Assembly: GCF_036321535.1 (NCBI RefSeq)
Contig: NC_087437.1
Location: 5,890,001 to 5,954,000 of the forward strand
Direction: 5' to 3'
Source: Camelus dromedarius
Taxonomy: Eukaryota
Length of the DNA stretch: 64,000 bases
Position 1 is the first letter of the stretch; every line of letters starts with the position of its first letter. The translations under genes were made by a program, and so were the position numbers. The notes beneath the pieces were generated by a model. The model saw only the letters and a list, made by a program, of their open reading frames with translations, was not told where the DNA came from and searched no databases. Positions 13,168 to 25,880 of this stretch are shown in pieces.

Positions 13168-14624
13168 GAAAATTGGTAAAGCTCTGCCAAGGGTAAAGGA
13201 AAATGAAGATTTGGGCAGAAACGCACAGAGAATGTGGCAACCACCCAGTCAGTTCAGTGAGAAGTGAAAAGTCACATGAGCAACACATAAACTGAGCCCC
13301 GGGCCAGGCTCCCGGCAGTCCTGTCGCTGTCCTGTCCACGGAGTAAATCCCCAGGCGTCTCTGACACTAAGGATGCTCTGCCTCCTCTTGCACCTGCTTG
13401 TGAAATCGATCCTCTCAGCTACTTAAGCCATTGTAGGTGTTGGTCTGTTTTCTGCTTTTAGCAGCTACAGGCTCTGAATAGTGGGAAAGACAGCCTCTAG
13501 ACCCCAGATGCTGGCCGCCTCCATCTGCGGGCAGATGTGGTCCAGGAGCCCAGGCTGGGGCAGAGCTCTTCTCAGGCTGTGTGTCCTGCATTCCAGGGAG
13601 GATGCCGTCCACCTGCATGGAGTGCGGGCTGTCGGGCACTGAATGGGGAGGGCTGCCAGCTTGCAGCCTTCATCAGGTGGCCTCACTGAGGTCAATACTT
13701 TGAATTTGTTGAATCTTTCATGAAGCAGTTAAAAAATCATAAAGATAAGTTTTCGGGCAGTCACAGCATTGCTGACTTTACCCACCCAGTGAGTGAGACT
13801 GTCCAGCTGGATACACCTCTACCATTTCCAGGGGTTGCTCACGTCAGAGCTAATGTGAGCAGCCCTAACCTTGGCCATGAGTTGGAAGGAATCTCTAGCT
13901 GTTATATTTGGCAGCAGGACTCTTCGTCGGGGCTGTGTGCCAAGGACTGGGTGCAGGGCACTTTGCATATGTGATTTCTCCCTCTCCTTCATCACTGGGG
14001 AAGACACGATGACATTAGCCAAGGACACAGAGTGCTTAAATCAGGTTTGACCCCAGATCTGCCTGCTCGAACACCTATGTTCCTAAGCACTGTTACCTCT
14101 ACTCTTCTGAATTCCAATGCATATTTCACCTCTAAACTACAAGGTGGGTACCAAGTTGTCAAGAATGATGAGGCAATTGGCGTTTTATTCCTCCGCTGAA
14201 TCTGAACTCCCTAGAAGCAACAGATTTGCTCACTCTCTTTTTACTAAGCACATTTTAGACACCAGAGATTCACCATGAAGAAAAACAGATGTGGTTGCAA
14301 CCCCCATGCATCTTGGGTTGGGTGGAAAGGGGAGACATGAATCCAAATAATTATGAAGATACAGGCAGCGTTACAAACCCACGAGAGTGCTGTAAAGGGG
14401 ACACCTGGGTCCACATCCTAGCTGAGTACTGAGGGGAGCATAACTTAAGAGGGATTTTTTTAATGCTTCTTCTCCCAAAGGATTCTTGGGAAGACTGATT
14501 AAGATGGTGCCTGTAAGGCCACTGGGACCAGTGCCTGGCTCGCAGTGGACTTGTGTTATTACCATTAGTTATTCTTGAAAGGTGCAGCCATGTGTGATGG
14601 GGGCTCACCCTCCTCGGAAGGTGC

Positions 14625-15160
14625 GCCGGGTATTTACTGCTCTGTAACACAACCCCCTAAACTTCCAGTGGTTCTTTATTATCTCTCGTGGTTCTTTGAG
14701 GTTGTTGGGCTCTCTTCAGTGGTCCTTGCGGGATCCGTCTTGTGGCTGCTGACGTCAGCTGGGCTGTGCTCATCGCTGGGCTGGACCTGAAAGATGGCTT
14801 GCTCACTTGGCCCCTGGCCAGGGGCTGTTGACCAGTGCATCTGCCCGTGGTCTCTCCATGCGGCTGGGACTTCTTAAAGCAGGACGCTTGGTTCCAAGAG
14901 AGATCGTGCCAAGAATGAATGTTCTATAAGACCCATCTGGAAGCTGCAAGTCTTCTTGAAGCTTCTGGGGTTTATCCTTGCGAGTCCCAGAAGGTCGATT
15001 CTGCATCCTATTCTTCAAGAAAGTGGCAAAGTTGGCCCAGGTTTAATGGGGTGGAGATATCACTCCTCCTCTTGATAGGGGAGTGGCAAGGTGACATTGC
15101 AGAAGAGGATCTGGGATAGGAGGTATGGTTAAGACCACCTTTGGAAATACAAGCAGCCAT
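14625..15160 (-). mobile_element. MaLR LTR (MLT1-type)
   Basis: 'tgctctgtaacacaacccctaaactt...tttattatctctcgtggttct...ggtctctccatgcggctgggacttctt...ggttccaagagag...ctcctcttgataggggagtggcaaggtgacattgcagaagag' is typical of an antisense MLT1. Confidence 0.75.
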
Positions 15161-16163
15161 AGGAGGTTTCCTGAGACAGTGTATTTTTGAGCTGAAACCT
15201 GAAAGCATAAATGATCAGGGGAGAGTCAAGCCATTCACACAATTTAGGCTGAGAAACAGTGTGATGCAGAAGCCAGTGGTGGGAGGGAGCAAGGCGTGCT
15301 TGAAGACCTAAAAGGACATGCCCGGAGCACGGAGAATAAAAGGGATGGGGTGAGGAATGAGGAGCTGGGGGCACCGGGGCCCACTGAGAAAGGCTTGCAG
15401 GCCTTGTCAGGGACGTTGGTCTGTTTTCCTCAATGGTTACTGGCAAACATTTTGTTTTCTTACATTTAATCCAGTTTTTCTTGGTTTTACTTGGTTACAA
15501 AATAATTATATGCTTATTGTCACGAAAAGGGTCAAATGCTGAAGAATGTAGACGCGATAGCCCCTCACAGCGCCCGTCCTGTTCCCTGGGTAATGGCTGG
15601 GCCAGGCCCTCTTTACATGGAATGTTCATGCCACCAACAAAGGCCCCCCATCCTCTGAGAAGTTCTAACTTCTACTCTCGAGAAAAGGTACTGCTTTTTT
15701 TTAAGGATCACAGAAATCAAACAATTGAGTTTTTAGGAAGTTAAGCTCTGTGGCCCAGAAGGCGATAAATGCCGAGTCAATTTTATGAACTAGAGGAAGT
15801 TTGTGTTTTATCAAAGCCACAGATGTGAGGGAGGGAATAGTTGTTATCAGCTTAACAACATGTTTCACATGTGACTGCTAGAATTCAAAAGAACAAATAT
15901 TTCCCTCTAAAAATATTTTTTAGTCTAAGCCAAAAATCATAAAAATTCTTTGGGAGTGGACTATTGTGGCCATCGGGATGACAGGGTGAGAATTCTGGAC
16001 ATGTAACAAAATATGATAAAGGTAAATACTCAAAGCATAAAAAAGGTATCATATGAAAAGTAAAACCTTTCTCCCAAACCCCTTAGCCTCAATACCAACA
16101 GCATACCGTGCTTAATCATTGCTGGTTTTGATTCTTCTGATAATTGTCTCCCAAACTCTAGAC

Positions 16164-16381
16164 CCGTGCTGTCCAACAGAACTTTCTATGATGATAGAAA
16201 CATCTATAATATGCAATCTAATATGCAACAGCCACTAGCCACATGTGGCTATATGTTTGTTTACATTTTAATTAATAAAATATTTAATAAAATAAAAACT
16301 TCTGTCCCTCAGTCACACTAGCCACGTTTCAATAACTCAGTTGCCCCCTGTGGCTAATGGCTACCATACTGGACAGCGCAG
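16164..16381. mobile_element. MER3/MER33-like hAT-Charlie MITE
   Basis: The inverted termini are gtgctgtcca and tggacagcgc. Internal motifs are 'agccactagccacatgtggcta' and 'tgtggctaatggctaccatactgg', and the flanks are ctctaga/ctcgaga-like. Confidence 0.8.
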
Positions 16382-17372
16382 CTCGAGAGAGCATGTGTGT
16401 TCCTTTGCATCTGTGGCTCCACACTAGAGAAGATGACAAACACAGCTCATTGCACTGCTTATTCTCTTTGCCCGCCTTCCCTCCCCAAGCCCTGCTGGGA
16501 ATATTTTAATTTTAGTTCTGTGGGTTTACCTCTATAGCTCTAGTAATAAATCTAAAGCTATTTCTTGATACACCAGTTGTTGGCTATAACACTTTCGTTC
16601 TACACTATGTTAGGTTGCGATGTTTGTGTTGCCTGTGGTTTCCATCCATGACACCTGCACTTACAACCCCAGCCCCCACGTCACTGTTTGCTGCCTTGAC
16701 CAGGTCTCTGGGGAGCATTAATACTCTGTCCTGCAATGGTAAACTTTCCATGCTTTGTCTAAGGTTGGTTATAAAATTAAAAACTAGTAACCAGGCTTCA
16801 TAATAGTATAATTGCATAGGAACTCATTTGTTAGGGAAATAGTGTGACTAAACCTTCCTGGAAGGAGACATTTTTGATCCCAGGTCCCCAGACCTGTACC
16901 ATTCAAGGTCAATATGGTTAAGTTCCACTTTTAGACCAGATAGAGTTATGAGAGCATATCGGTTTTCTCGTGTAAAACAACCCAAAACTAGAAAGTAAAC
17001 ACGAAACAACGGTTTTCCAGACACTGGGCATCAGGCAGGGAAAGAAGACAGTGTTTCCGCAGAGAGCGGAAACAAGTGGGGTGAGCCCTGGGTCGGCCCC
17101 AGCTGATTACCTTGAGAGCGTTTCCAGGACCTGTTGTGAGGAGGGGGACGCCAGGCAGAGCCTGGAAGAGCCCCTGAACCGAGGAAAAGGGCTGAGAGAT
17201 CTGGAAGGCCAAGGTGGCTGGGGTTTGCAGGACAGGGTACCAGGCAGGAGAGAGCCGCCAAGAGGATGAGCAGACCTGCAGGGGTCCCCTGCCAGAATTC
17301 AGCACAGCATTGGGCCACACATGTGAGGAAACTCCCTGTGGCAGAGGAAAGGACCGCTCCAAATCAGCAGAA

Positions 17373-17634
17373 CAGCACTTCTCGACCTTCTAAAGATGAT
17401 CAACTCCCTAATGAGTCATTTTAGACATTTATTTTCAAATTCACTCTCCCCCATGAGACTTTCATACCACAGATATTAAAGTATATCTGTACAGCTAGTT
17501 ATGTACTGTATGTATGTTTATATATGTATATAGAAATTTATGCATATGTCTCCTTTATATATAAACAGTAAAAATTATTCTCAAAAAATAAATTTTGCCT
17601 CTTTGGGGGGAAGTACCCCCACTGAGAATGCATG
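17373..17634 (-). mobile_element. hAT-Charlie MITE (Charlie4-like, tentative)
   Basis: The imperfect TIRs are cagcacttctc and gagaatgcatg. An 8-bp degenerate TSD reads cagcagaa (17365-17372) and cattagaa (17635-17642). Confidence 0.55.
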
Positions 17635-19113
17635 CATTAGAACAGTACATGGTGTTCACCAGGGCCAGGAACAGTGCTGATCGCCACCGGCCAGACTGGA
17701 AATCTCCATAATTCACAGGACATTGGTTCAAGTATTCAGAAGGGTCTTGCTTCAGTAGTGGGGAAGTAATTCACTCCAAATATATCCTGCTCTAGTCCCA
17801 TGTAAAAATATTAAAAGCAAGACCTGAAAAGATCTGAACTGCATTCCTGAACAAAGCTCAAGAGTATTTATGGGAATATAAAAATACTCACAACCCCAAA
17901 AGGTAAAATTTACAAAGTCTAGTATCCAAAAAAGAATTTACCTGGCACGCAAAGAGGCAGAAAAATAGGACGCATAATAGGGAGAAAAATCCATGAATCA
18001 AAACCAACCCAGAACTGACACAGATGTTAGAGTTAGTTGACAAGCATATTAAACACTTACTATAGCTGTATTCCTTATGTTCAAAAAGTTAAGTAGCTAA
18101 TAATTGATATTGAAAAGGCTCCAACTGGGCTTCAAGACATGAACATTTCAATGTGCAAAATGAAAAATACAAATGGATAGAATTACTGGCAGATTTGATT
18201 TTGCAGAAGAAAAAATTAGTGAAATTGAAGACATAGAAATAATAGAAACTCTCCAAAATAAAGCACAGACAGCAAAAAGAATAAAAAAAAAACAAAAAAC
18301 ATAGGATCAGTGAGCCACGGGACAACTTCAGGTGGCCTGATATAGGTGTAACTGGAGTACATGAAGGAGAAGAGAGTGTGGTAGGGACAGAATATATTCG
18401 AAAAAAGTGATAGTGGGACATTTTTCACAACTGATAAACACCGTATAAACCCAGAGATCCAGGAATCGCAACACAAGACACATGAAGAAAACTACACCAT
18501 GGCACGTCATAATCAAATTGCTCAATACAGTGATAAAGAGAAAAATCTTTAAACCAACTGGAAAGAAAAAGAGACGTTATACACAGAAGAACAAAAACAA
18601 GGGTGACAGCAATGTGAGTGAGAAGTCAGAGGTGCAACATCTTTAAAGTACTGACTGAAAGAATGGTCTCCTTAGATTTCTATACCCAGCAAAAATATAT
18701 TTCAAAAACAGCAAAATAAAAATTGTTTCGTATGTACAAAAGCTGAAACAATTTATTACCAACAGACTCATGCAAGAAAACTCTTTTAAAAAAAAATCCT
18801 CAATAAGAAAGTGATACCAGATAGAAATTTGATCTGCACCAAGAAAGGAAGAGTCTTGGAAATGGTAACTACATGTGTAAATATACAAGATTTTTTCTTA
18901 TTACATAAATCTTTTTAAGAAGATGACTGACTTTTTAAAAAAATACCAATGCAGTGTGGAATTTATAGCCTGAGTAAAAGTAAAATGTATGACAACAGTA
19001 ATACAAAATCCTACAGGGGAGAAAAAGAGGTATGTTATTATAAGGTTCGTATGCTTTATGCAAAGTGGCATAATATTGCTTAAAAGTAGGCTGTTATAAA
19101 TTACTGATGCTTA

Positions 19114-19461
19114 CAGGCAGACCTTGGAGATGTTTCAGGTTCAGTTCCAGACCACTGCCATAAAGCGAACAGCGCAATGAAGCAAGCACATGAACGTGCT
19201 GGTTTCCCAGTGCATATAAAAGTCATATTTATAATGCGCTATAGTCTATTAAGTGCACAATAGCACTATGGCTAAAAAAGCAATGTACATATCTTAATTT
19301 AAAAATACTTTATTGCTTAAAAGAAAGCTAACTATCAGCTGACACAGGGTTGTCACAAACCTTCAATTTGTAAAAAAAAAAAAAAAAAAAGAAGAAGAAG
19401 AAGAAAGAAAATGTATTAACTGTGACGTGCAAATAATGAAGCAGAAAAAGAGGTGTGCTTG
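19114..19461 (-). mobile_element. Internally deleted Tigger1 derivative (TcMar-Tigger MITE)
   Basis: The TIRs caggcagacct and aggtgtgcttg are flanked by TA on both sides. Both Tigger1 ends are recognisable ('ggtttcccagtgcatataaaagt', 'agggttgtcacaaaccttcaatttgtaaaa'). Confidence 0.85.
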
Positions 19462-20959
19462 TATAATCAGCCCTAGGAAACCACTAGAGTAACAAAACAA
19501 AGAGTTATAGCTAATAAGCCAACAAATGAATTGAAGTAGAAGAATAAGAAATGCTCAAAAAAGGCAGAAAAGGGGAGGGGGAGGAATAGATGGGGCAAAG
19601 AGAAAACAATTAAAAAGCTTAAATACAAAAATTCAATAAATTTGACTTTCTTAAAAACTGTGTACTTCAAAAGACACTGTTAAGAGAATTAAAAATCAGA
19701 CCAGGATAAAACATTTGTAACACTGTATTTGACAAAGGACTTGTTTCCAGAGTATGTGAAGAACTCTTCCAACTCAGTTAAAAAACAAGCAATATCATAG
19801 AAATTATGCATAACAGACAACTGATGAAAGAAAATGTGACCAAAAGCTCATAGGAAGATGCTCAATATCATTAGTTATTAAAGAAATGCAGATTCAAGAC
19901 CCCAAAGCTGCCACTTCACGCACACCGAAATGGCTAAAATTGAAGACAGGCAGAACTGAATGTTGCTGAGAACGAGGAACAACTCTAATTCTCATGCATT
20001 ATTGTTAAAATGTGAAAATGGTGCAACCACTTTGGAAAACAGTTGGAAGTTTTCCCATATAGGTAAACATGCACCTATGATCTAGTGATTCCAATCTGAG
20101 ATTTTCTGGAGAGAAATCAATACTGGTATCCTCCATCAGACTCAAACAGCTTTATTCACAGCATTCAAAAACTGTAAACTACCTAAGTGATGGTCAACAA
20201 GACAAAGGAGAAACAAAATTGTGTCATATTCATGAAATGGAATACTCCTCAATTATAAAAAGAACAAACTGCTGGTACTTGCCACAAACGTGCGTGACTC
20301 TAGAAAACCTCCTGCTGAGTGGATAATCCAGACACTGTCAGGTACTTACTGTCGGGTCCCATTCACAGGAGTTCTAGAGCAGGCAAAGCAAAGACACAGT
20401 GATAGGCTCCCATCAGTGGTTGTCTGGGGTGGGCTGGTGGGGGACTGGACGACACAGGGAACTTTCCGGAGTGATGTAAATGCAATATAGGTGGAAATCT
20501 GCATCTTGATTGAGTGTAGTTACACTGGTTATAATTATAATGTGCCAGACATTTGTCAGAACTCATTGTATATTTGAAATTGGTACACTTTATTGTATAT
20601 AAGTTATACTTCAGTAAAGTTGACTTTCTGCTTTTAAAAAGAATATTACTTAAAAACTAGGAGAAAACAGCTGAGAGTAGGAGTCAGAAAAGGGAATATG
20701 ATATATTATTCTTGTTGTTTCATGGTTTTTCCCCTTAAAGTAGAATCTTCCTGTTTATTAATCATATAATTTGTTTCAGATTATTTCCTTTTGGAGAGTT
20801 TTCTTCTTCTGATTTCTTATTTTGAATTTGGACTAACTGCATGCTAGGCCTGCTGCACAGATTTAATTCTGGGATTTATTTTATTTATTATGATGCTAAC
20901 TTAGCTTTACTATCTATTGCTGTTTCTAAGGTTTTGTTTGGTTGTTGGGTTTTTTGTTT

Positions 20960-21270
20960 TTGTTTTTTGCTAAGGTAATCTGTGCCTAATTCTTTCAGAG
21001 TATTTATGAAAGGCAAATTTTCTGTCTTTCCATGTTCAAAAATTGTTGACTTTGTTCTTATTTTTAATTAGGAGTTTGCCTGGGTATCAAATTCTCAGCT
21101 CTAAACAATTTTCTCTCTGAGCTTTGAGTATCACTTCATTTTCTTCTAGCACCAGTAGTGCTTATAAAGAGACTGATGCCATTCTGATTCTACTCCTTTG
21201 TAGATAACCCGCTTCATTTTCCTGGGCACTTTTGGGATTTATCCTTTACTTTTGATATTCTAAATGTTGT
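20960..21270 (-). mobile_element. Ancient L1/HAL1 ORF1-region fragment
   Basis: The T-rich 'tttgcctgggtatcaaattctcag...ttcattttcttctagc...tgatgccattctgattct' is typical of antisense old L1 ORF1. Confidence 0.5.
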
Positions 21271-21363
21271 GATAAGATATATATATATATATATTTTTTA
21301 TTCAATAAACATTTATTGTAGATATATATTAATAGGAACCCAAGAGGCTGGAAATAACACAGA

Positions 21364-21865
21364 GTAATAGGGAAGGACAAATCTGACTCCACGTTAGCTC
21401 TATTCCTTTGGCTGTAACCCTGTGCTCTGTTTCCTGGGCTCATTCCTGCTGGTTGTGCACCTTCTGTAAAAGATTGTTGCCTAGAGCCTGAAATACACAG
21501 TAGAGCCCGTTCTGAGGCTCTGACCTTTAAGGATGTAACACTTCACTCACATAGAGATAAAAAGTTGCAGAACAGAGAATAACATTTGCCTTGTTGGGGG
21601 TTTACAGGAACATCATGACCTGACCCATGTGGACAGCTGCAAGAACAAGGATTCCGACACCAAGGAGTTTGCAACAACCAACCACGCCCGCTCCCCTTTT
21701 TAGTATAAAAGGAGCCTGAATCATTGGGGAAGATGGTTCTCCAGGACATTACTCCCCTATCTTCTCAGTCTGCTGGCTTTCCGAATAAAGTCGCTATTCC
21801 TCCCAACACCTCGTCTCCTGATTTACTGGCCTTTATTTATTGAAAGAGTTTGGACTCTTGACGGC
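21364..21865 (+). mobile_element. ERV1-class solo LTR (MER41-like)
   Basis: It starts 'gtaatagggaaggacaaatctgactcca', with TATAAAA at 21704-21710 and AATAAA at 21784-21789 followed by a U5-like 'gtcgctattcctcccaacacctcgtctc'. It interrupts an L2. Confidence 0.8.
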
Positions 21866-21869
21866 AATT

Positions 21870-22630
21870 AAGTTCCCTTTGCTCGTAGACGTGACATTCT
21901 GGTGTGTGGGAAACAGACAATAAATTCTGAACAAATGAGTAGATGAGACCCCTTCAGATACTGACAGGCACTAAGACGACACAACAGGTGGGTGGGGCTC
22001 ATGGTAAACGGGCAGGATGGGGACTGCTCAGATGAGGTGGTCAGGGAGGCTCCTTTGAGAAGGCGGTCCTGGAGCAGAGCCTTGACTAATGAGCAGGAGC
22101 CGTGGGGAGACCTGGGGAAAAACGTCACACTGCAGGGAACACAACCCCGGAGGACTGAGGTGGGAATGGACGTAAAGTGTTTAGGGACAGAAATAAGCCA
22201 GGGTGGCTGGAGAGTTAGTGAGTAAAGCTGAAAGCAATAGGAGATGGAGTGCAAAGGTGCAAACAGGAGGAGAGCCTGCACGGAGCTTGGATCTTATTCT
22301 AGAGATATTAGGGAGTCATATGGTCTGATTTTTATTTTCAAAGATCACTCTGGCTGCCTATGAAAAATGGGGTTATACAGGATGGAGAGCAGAAACAGGA
22401 AGACCATCTGGGAAGCTCATTCCACGCACCAGGCAGTGATGGGGTTTGGAAGAGGGTGTTGCAGTAGAGACGGGGAGACGCAATCAGATTTGGGGTCTTC
22501 GTTGGGCGCAGCAGGAGAGAAAATGCAATCAAGGATGACTCTTGGGTTTTCAACTGGACAACCAGATAAAATAAGGCATTTAATTTTGCCCACTGATTCT
22601 CACTGGAAAAATGGACAGTTTGGGGGAAAA
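21870..22630 (-). mobile_element. L2 LINE relic
   Basis: The purine-rich pattern 'gaaacagacaataaa...ggtggtcagggaggctcctttgagaagg...ttttcaaagatcactctggctgc...aatcaaggatgactcttgggtttt' is typical of antisense L2. Confidence 0.7.
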
Positions 22631-23639
22631 CTGAGTGTATTTATAAGTGAGAATATATGACAAGTTTATAATCAGTGTTGATTTATCATTCATTTTTATG
22701 ACATGCCATATATACTCACCATAATTTTTGAGTCATTAGTAAATGATCACTGATTTTTCCTAAGAACAGAAAATCTTCCTGTTGGCTTAAGTGAGCAAGG
22801 GAAGGCTTCTCCCGTGGACCCCATGCCTGTGGCCAAGGAAGGGAGCCCCAGGGACCTCCAGGCAGACCAGACGGACTGCACAGAGGGCTGGCAGGAGCCC
22901 TTGGGTTCCACAGATGTGACTCAGGGGCCACCATGGGGGAGGTAGAGATGGAAGTTATACCTCAGTTCTTACAGCTGTGACTATTTGAAAAAGGAAGTTT
23001 GGAAACCACGGCTTCCAGATGAGGAAATTTTGGCCTAGAGAAGGAAAATGACTTCCCCAGGGGGACTGAGCCCCCAGACCTGCCAACACATTGACCCACT
23101 CTGTCCTCAGCACCATGCTTTCTTTGTCATCATCGGCATTTTTTTTTCTGAACAACAGATACAGTCTCAGAGATCTGACCAGAGTTTTGGATTCAAATGG
23201 ATTTCTCCTTGCAGTGGACCCCGCCCCCACAGTGGATTTGGACAGGCGTCCAGAAGAAATGAGTGTTGTATCCTAGAAGCAAGACGGCCTGGCTGCTGGC
23301 GCTCAGCTAGGAGAGGTTCCCGCTGCCATGGGCGTGCAGTCATTTAGCTGCAAGTAATCAGGCAGGGCTGAGCGCCTGTGTAACCACACAACAGACCTTT
23401 ACCAGTGGACTTGGAATGTCCAGCTTGGGGGTCTCTGGCCAGGAGCTTTTGGTCATCTTGAGTATTTTTTGAAGCTCTCTCTCTCTCTCTTTTGACATTC
23501 CTTCAATTGACCTAAATGAATATATCTTATGGAAGAAGTGTATCAGCAAGAAAATCCTCGCAAACAAAGTGAGCCTCGTACATGTATACTTGTGACAGGA
23601 TCCTTGTTCTCCAGGTCAACGTTCAATGACAGCATCACA

Positions 23640-24800
23640 CCGTCTGTATTCCTTCTGCACCTACTGAGTGTGCCCTGCTGTGTGCCAGGCGCTGTCCCAG
23701 GTGCTGAAGAAAGAGCACTAGCCAACTCTCGGAAGGGAGGCGGGCACCAAGCAAACAGACATGGAAACACGCTGTAAGTTGTAGTAGGAGCATTACAGAA
23801 ACAAACCAAGAGTCACAGTCAAGAGAAGCAGGAGGGATTCCACTTCAGCTGCAGATGTCAGGGGAGGCAAGGCCTCTCTGAAATGACACTGAGGAGACTG
23901 GATTTACTCATACCAAGTGTGGTAGAAACAGCATTCTGGGCAGAGAGAAGAGCACGTGCAAAGGCCCTGAGGCCCAGAGGAGCAGAGTGTGTGGGAAAAT
24001 AAGGGCAGATAAACCCAGGAAAGGGTGGTACCAGATGAGTCTGGAATGGTAGGAAGCGGCCAGACTACTTGGGACCTTTTAGGACAAAGGTGATGAGAGG
24101 TGTGAATTCTATTCTAAATAGTATTAGGCAGGTGTCGAAGGGTTCAATTTTCATTACAGGATCCTTTCTGTTGCACCTTGGAGGAAACAGTGGAGGGTTG
24201 CATGAGTTTTAGCAGAAAGACCTGTCAGGGTATAATCCATGGCAAGAGGGGATGGTGGCCTGATTACAAAGGCTGCCACAGAGCTGGAGAGAGGAGGGTA
24301 CATGCAAGATGGATGTGAGTGAAAAAGAGTTTCTAAGCAATTGGATGAGTAGGATGAGAAAAAGGAGGCACCAAGGATAACTTCTAGGATTCTGACTTAA
24401 GAAATGATACCTATATGGTAGCTCACAGAGAAAAAAATGTGACAATGAACATATATATGTTCATGTATAACTGAAAAATTGTGCTCTACACTGGAATTTG
24501 ATACAACATTGTAAAATGATTATAAATCAATAAAAGATGTTGAAAAAAACATTCAAAAACCTAATTACACAATAAACCATATCAATAAAATTTTAAAAAA
24601 AGAAATGATACCTAAAAGACTAAGGGAAGAGCACGTTTTGGGGAGACCAAGAGGTCCTTCGTGGACACGCTGAGGTTGAGATCCTGTTAAACATCTAAGT
24701 AGGGCTGTCACAAAGATGGCTGGATGATTTTGGAGCGTGGAGGGGCATTCAAGACTGAGAATCCAACTTGGGGGTCATTAGCATATGTACCTGGGACGTC
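23640..24800 (-). mobile_element. L2 LINE relic, interrupted by an L1 tail
   Basis: Motifs include 'cacctactgagtgtgccctgctgtgtgccaggc', 'agcacgtgcaaaggccctgaggc' and 'ggacacgctgaggttgagatcctgttaaacatctaagt'. Confidence 0.7.
24414..24599 (+). mobile_element. Very short young L1 3' end with an extra downstream segment and a perfect TSD
   Basis: 24414-24549 matches the L1 terminus at 53785-53920. The TSD AAGAAATGATACCTA is at 24399-24413 and 24600-24614. Confidence 0.92.
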
Positions 24801-25724
24801 CTGCTGAGGGAGGTGACGAGAACAGCTGGGGAGGGGGCGGAGGAAGAGCACAGAGGACCCAGGACAGCTGTGAGCCACCTTGACAAGACCTCATTCCTTC
24901 TTCTTATGGAGCTGGGTGACTCTGCTGAGAGGAATGGGGCATCCCGGGGTGGAGAGGAAATCTCTAGATTCCAGGAGGTCAGACCCCCCAGGCTCCAGCA
25001 GGGAGCGTCCCCAGGTGACAAGGCAGAAGCTGCGGGGCCGTGTACAGCCTTGCCTCAGGACCCGCACAGCGGTCAGTAAGTACTCCCGCCTGATCCACGC
25101 CTTGAAGGAGTCACAGGCCCAAGCAGGCTCCAGGGGAAGGGGTGTGGACCCAGCCTCTCCACGGGAGGAAAGTCGAAAGGTCAGTGGCCGTATTTCAAAA
25201 CTGCCAGCAGCAGCAGCCCAGCTGCCCAGCAAAACACTAGGGCTCTGTCCCCAACCAGGCTTCGTCCCCATGGGGCCCCGTGTGGACACGCCCCCACGCA
25301 AGGTCCCAGCTCATCCATGAGCCCGAGAGAGATGGCAGAGACCCTGGATGCCCAGAGCCATGGCCTGGGGGGCACACATCCTGCCAGTGCCTGGGTTTTC
25401 CCTGGACCAGGAGCAGCGAGGCCCTCTCCACCCACTCCCTCACCTGCATGGGCTGCCTCCCTCCCCTGCTGCACAGAAGCGTCGCCTGGGATCGCCAAAG
25501 TCTCCTACGTAAGACCATTTTCAGATTTAAAAAACACAGATTTTAAAAACACAGGAAGAAGAGAAATAAAGGACACTGATGAGCCAAGATAGGCAGTTAA
25601 GACGGTGTTTGGTGCCCCTGCTCAGGTTACAGGCTGTCTCCTTCACACGCTGCTCCCACCCTCCGGGAGCAGCAGAGACACACGCACAAGGCACTGCGGG
25701 CACTCGCTCCTCTTCCCTTTGGCT

Positions 25725-25880
25725 TTCTAGACGTTGGAGTCAGACAGCCTGGGCTTGAGTCCCAGCTTGGCCGTCAGCTGACTGTGTGGCCCCGGGCAAT
25801 TTAACTGACTTTAGTTTCTGCATCTGTGACACAGAAGTCGCTGCAGCACCTACCCCAGAGGGACACTGTGAGGACTTGCT
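25725..25880 (+). mobile_element. MIR SINE relic
   Basis: 'ttggagtcagacagcctgggcttgagtcccagct...ctgtgtggccccgggcaattt...agtttctgcatctgtga' is the MIR core. Similar relics occur at about 13940, 14400, 27980, 33010, 49250, 59500 and 61800. Confidence 0.7.

Larger units (their letters stand above)
16985..20640 (+). mobile_element. Ancient, fragmented L1M (5' region, ORF1 remnant, ORF2 end and 3' UTR) interrupted by two DNA transposons
   Basis: An A-rich ORF1-like segment 'gcagaagaaaaaattagtgaaattgaagac...ataggtgtaactggagtacatgaaggaga' lies at 18200-18370. The ORF2-end/3' UTR-like segment 'gaaatgcagattcaagacc...aaatggtgcaaccactttggaaaacagttgg' lies at 19880-20050. Confidence 0.75.
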
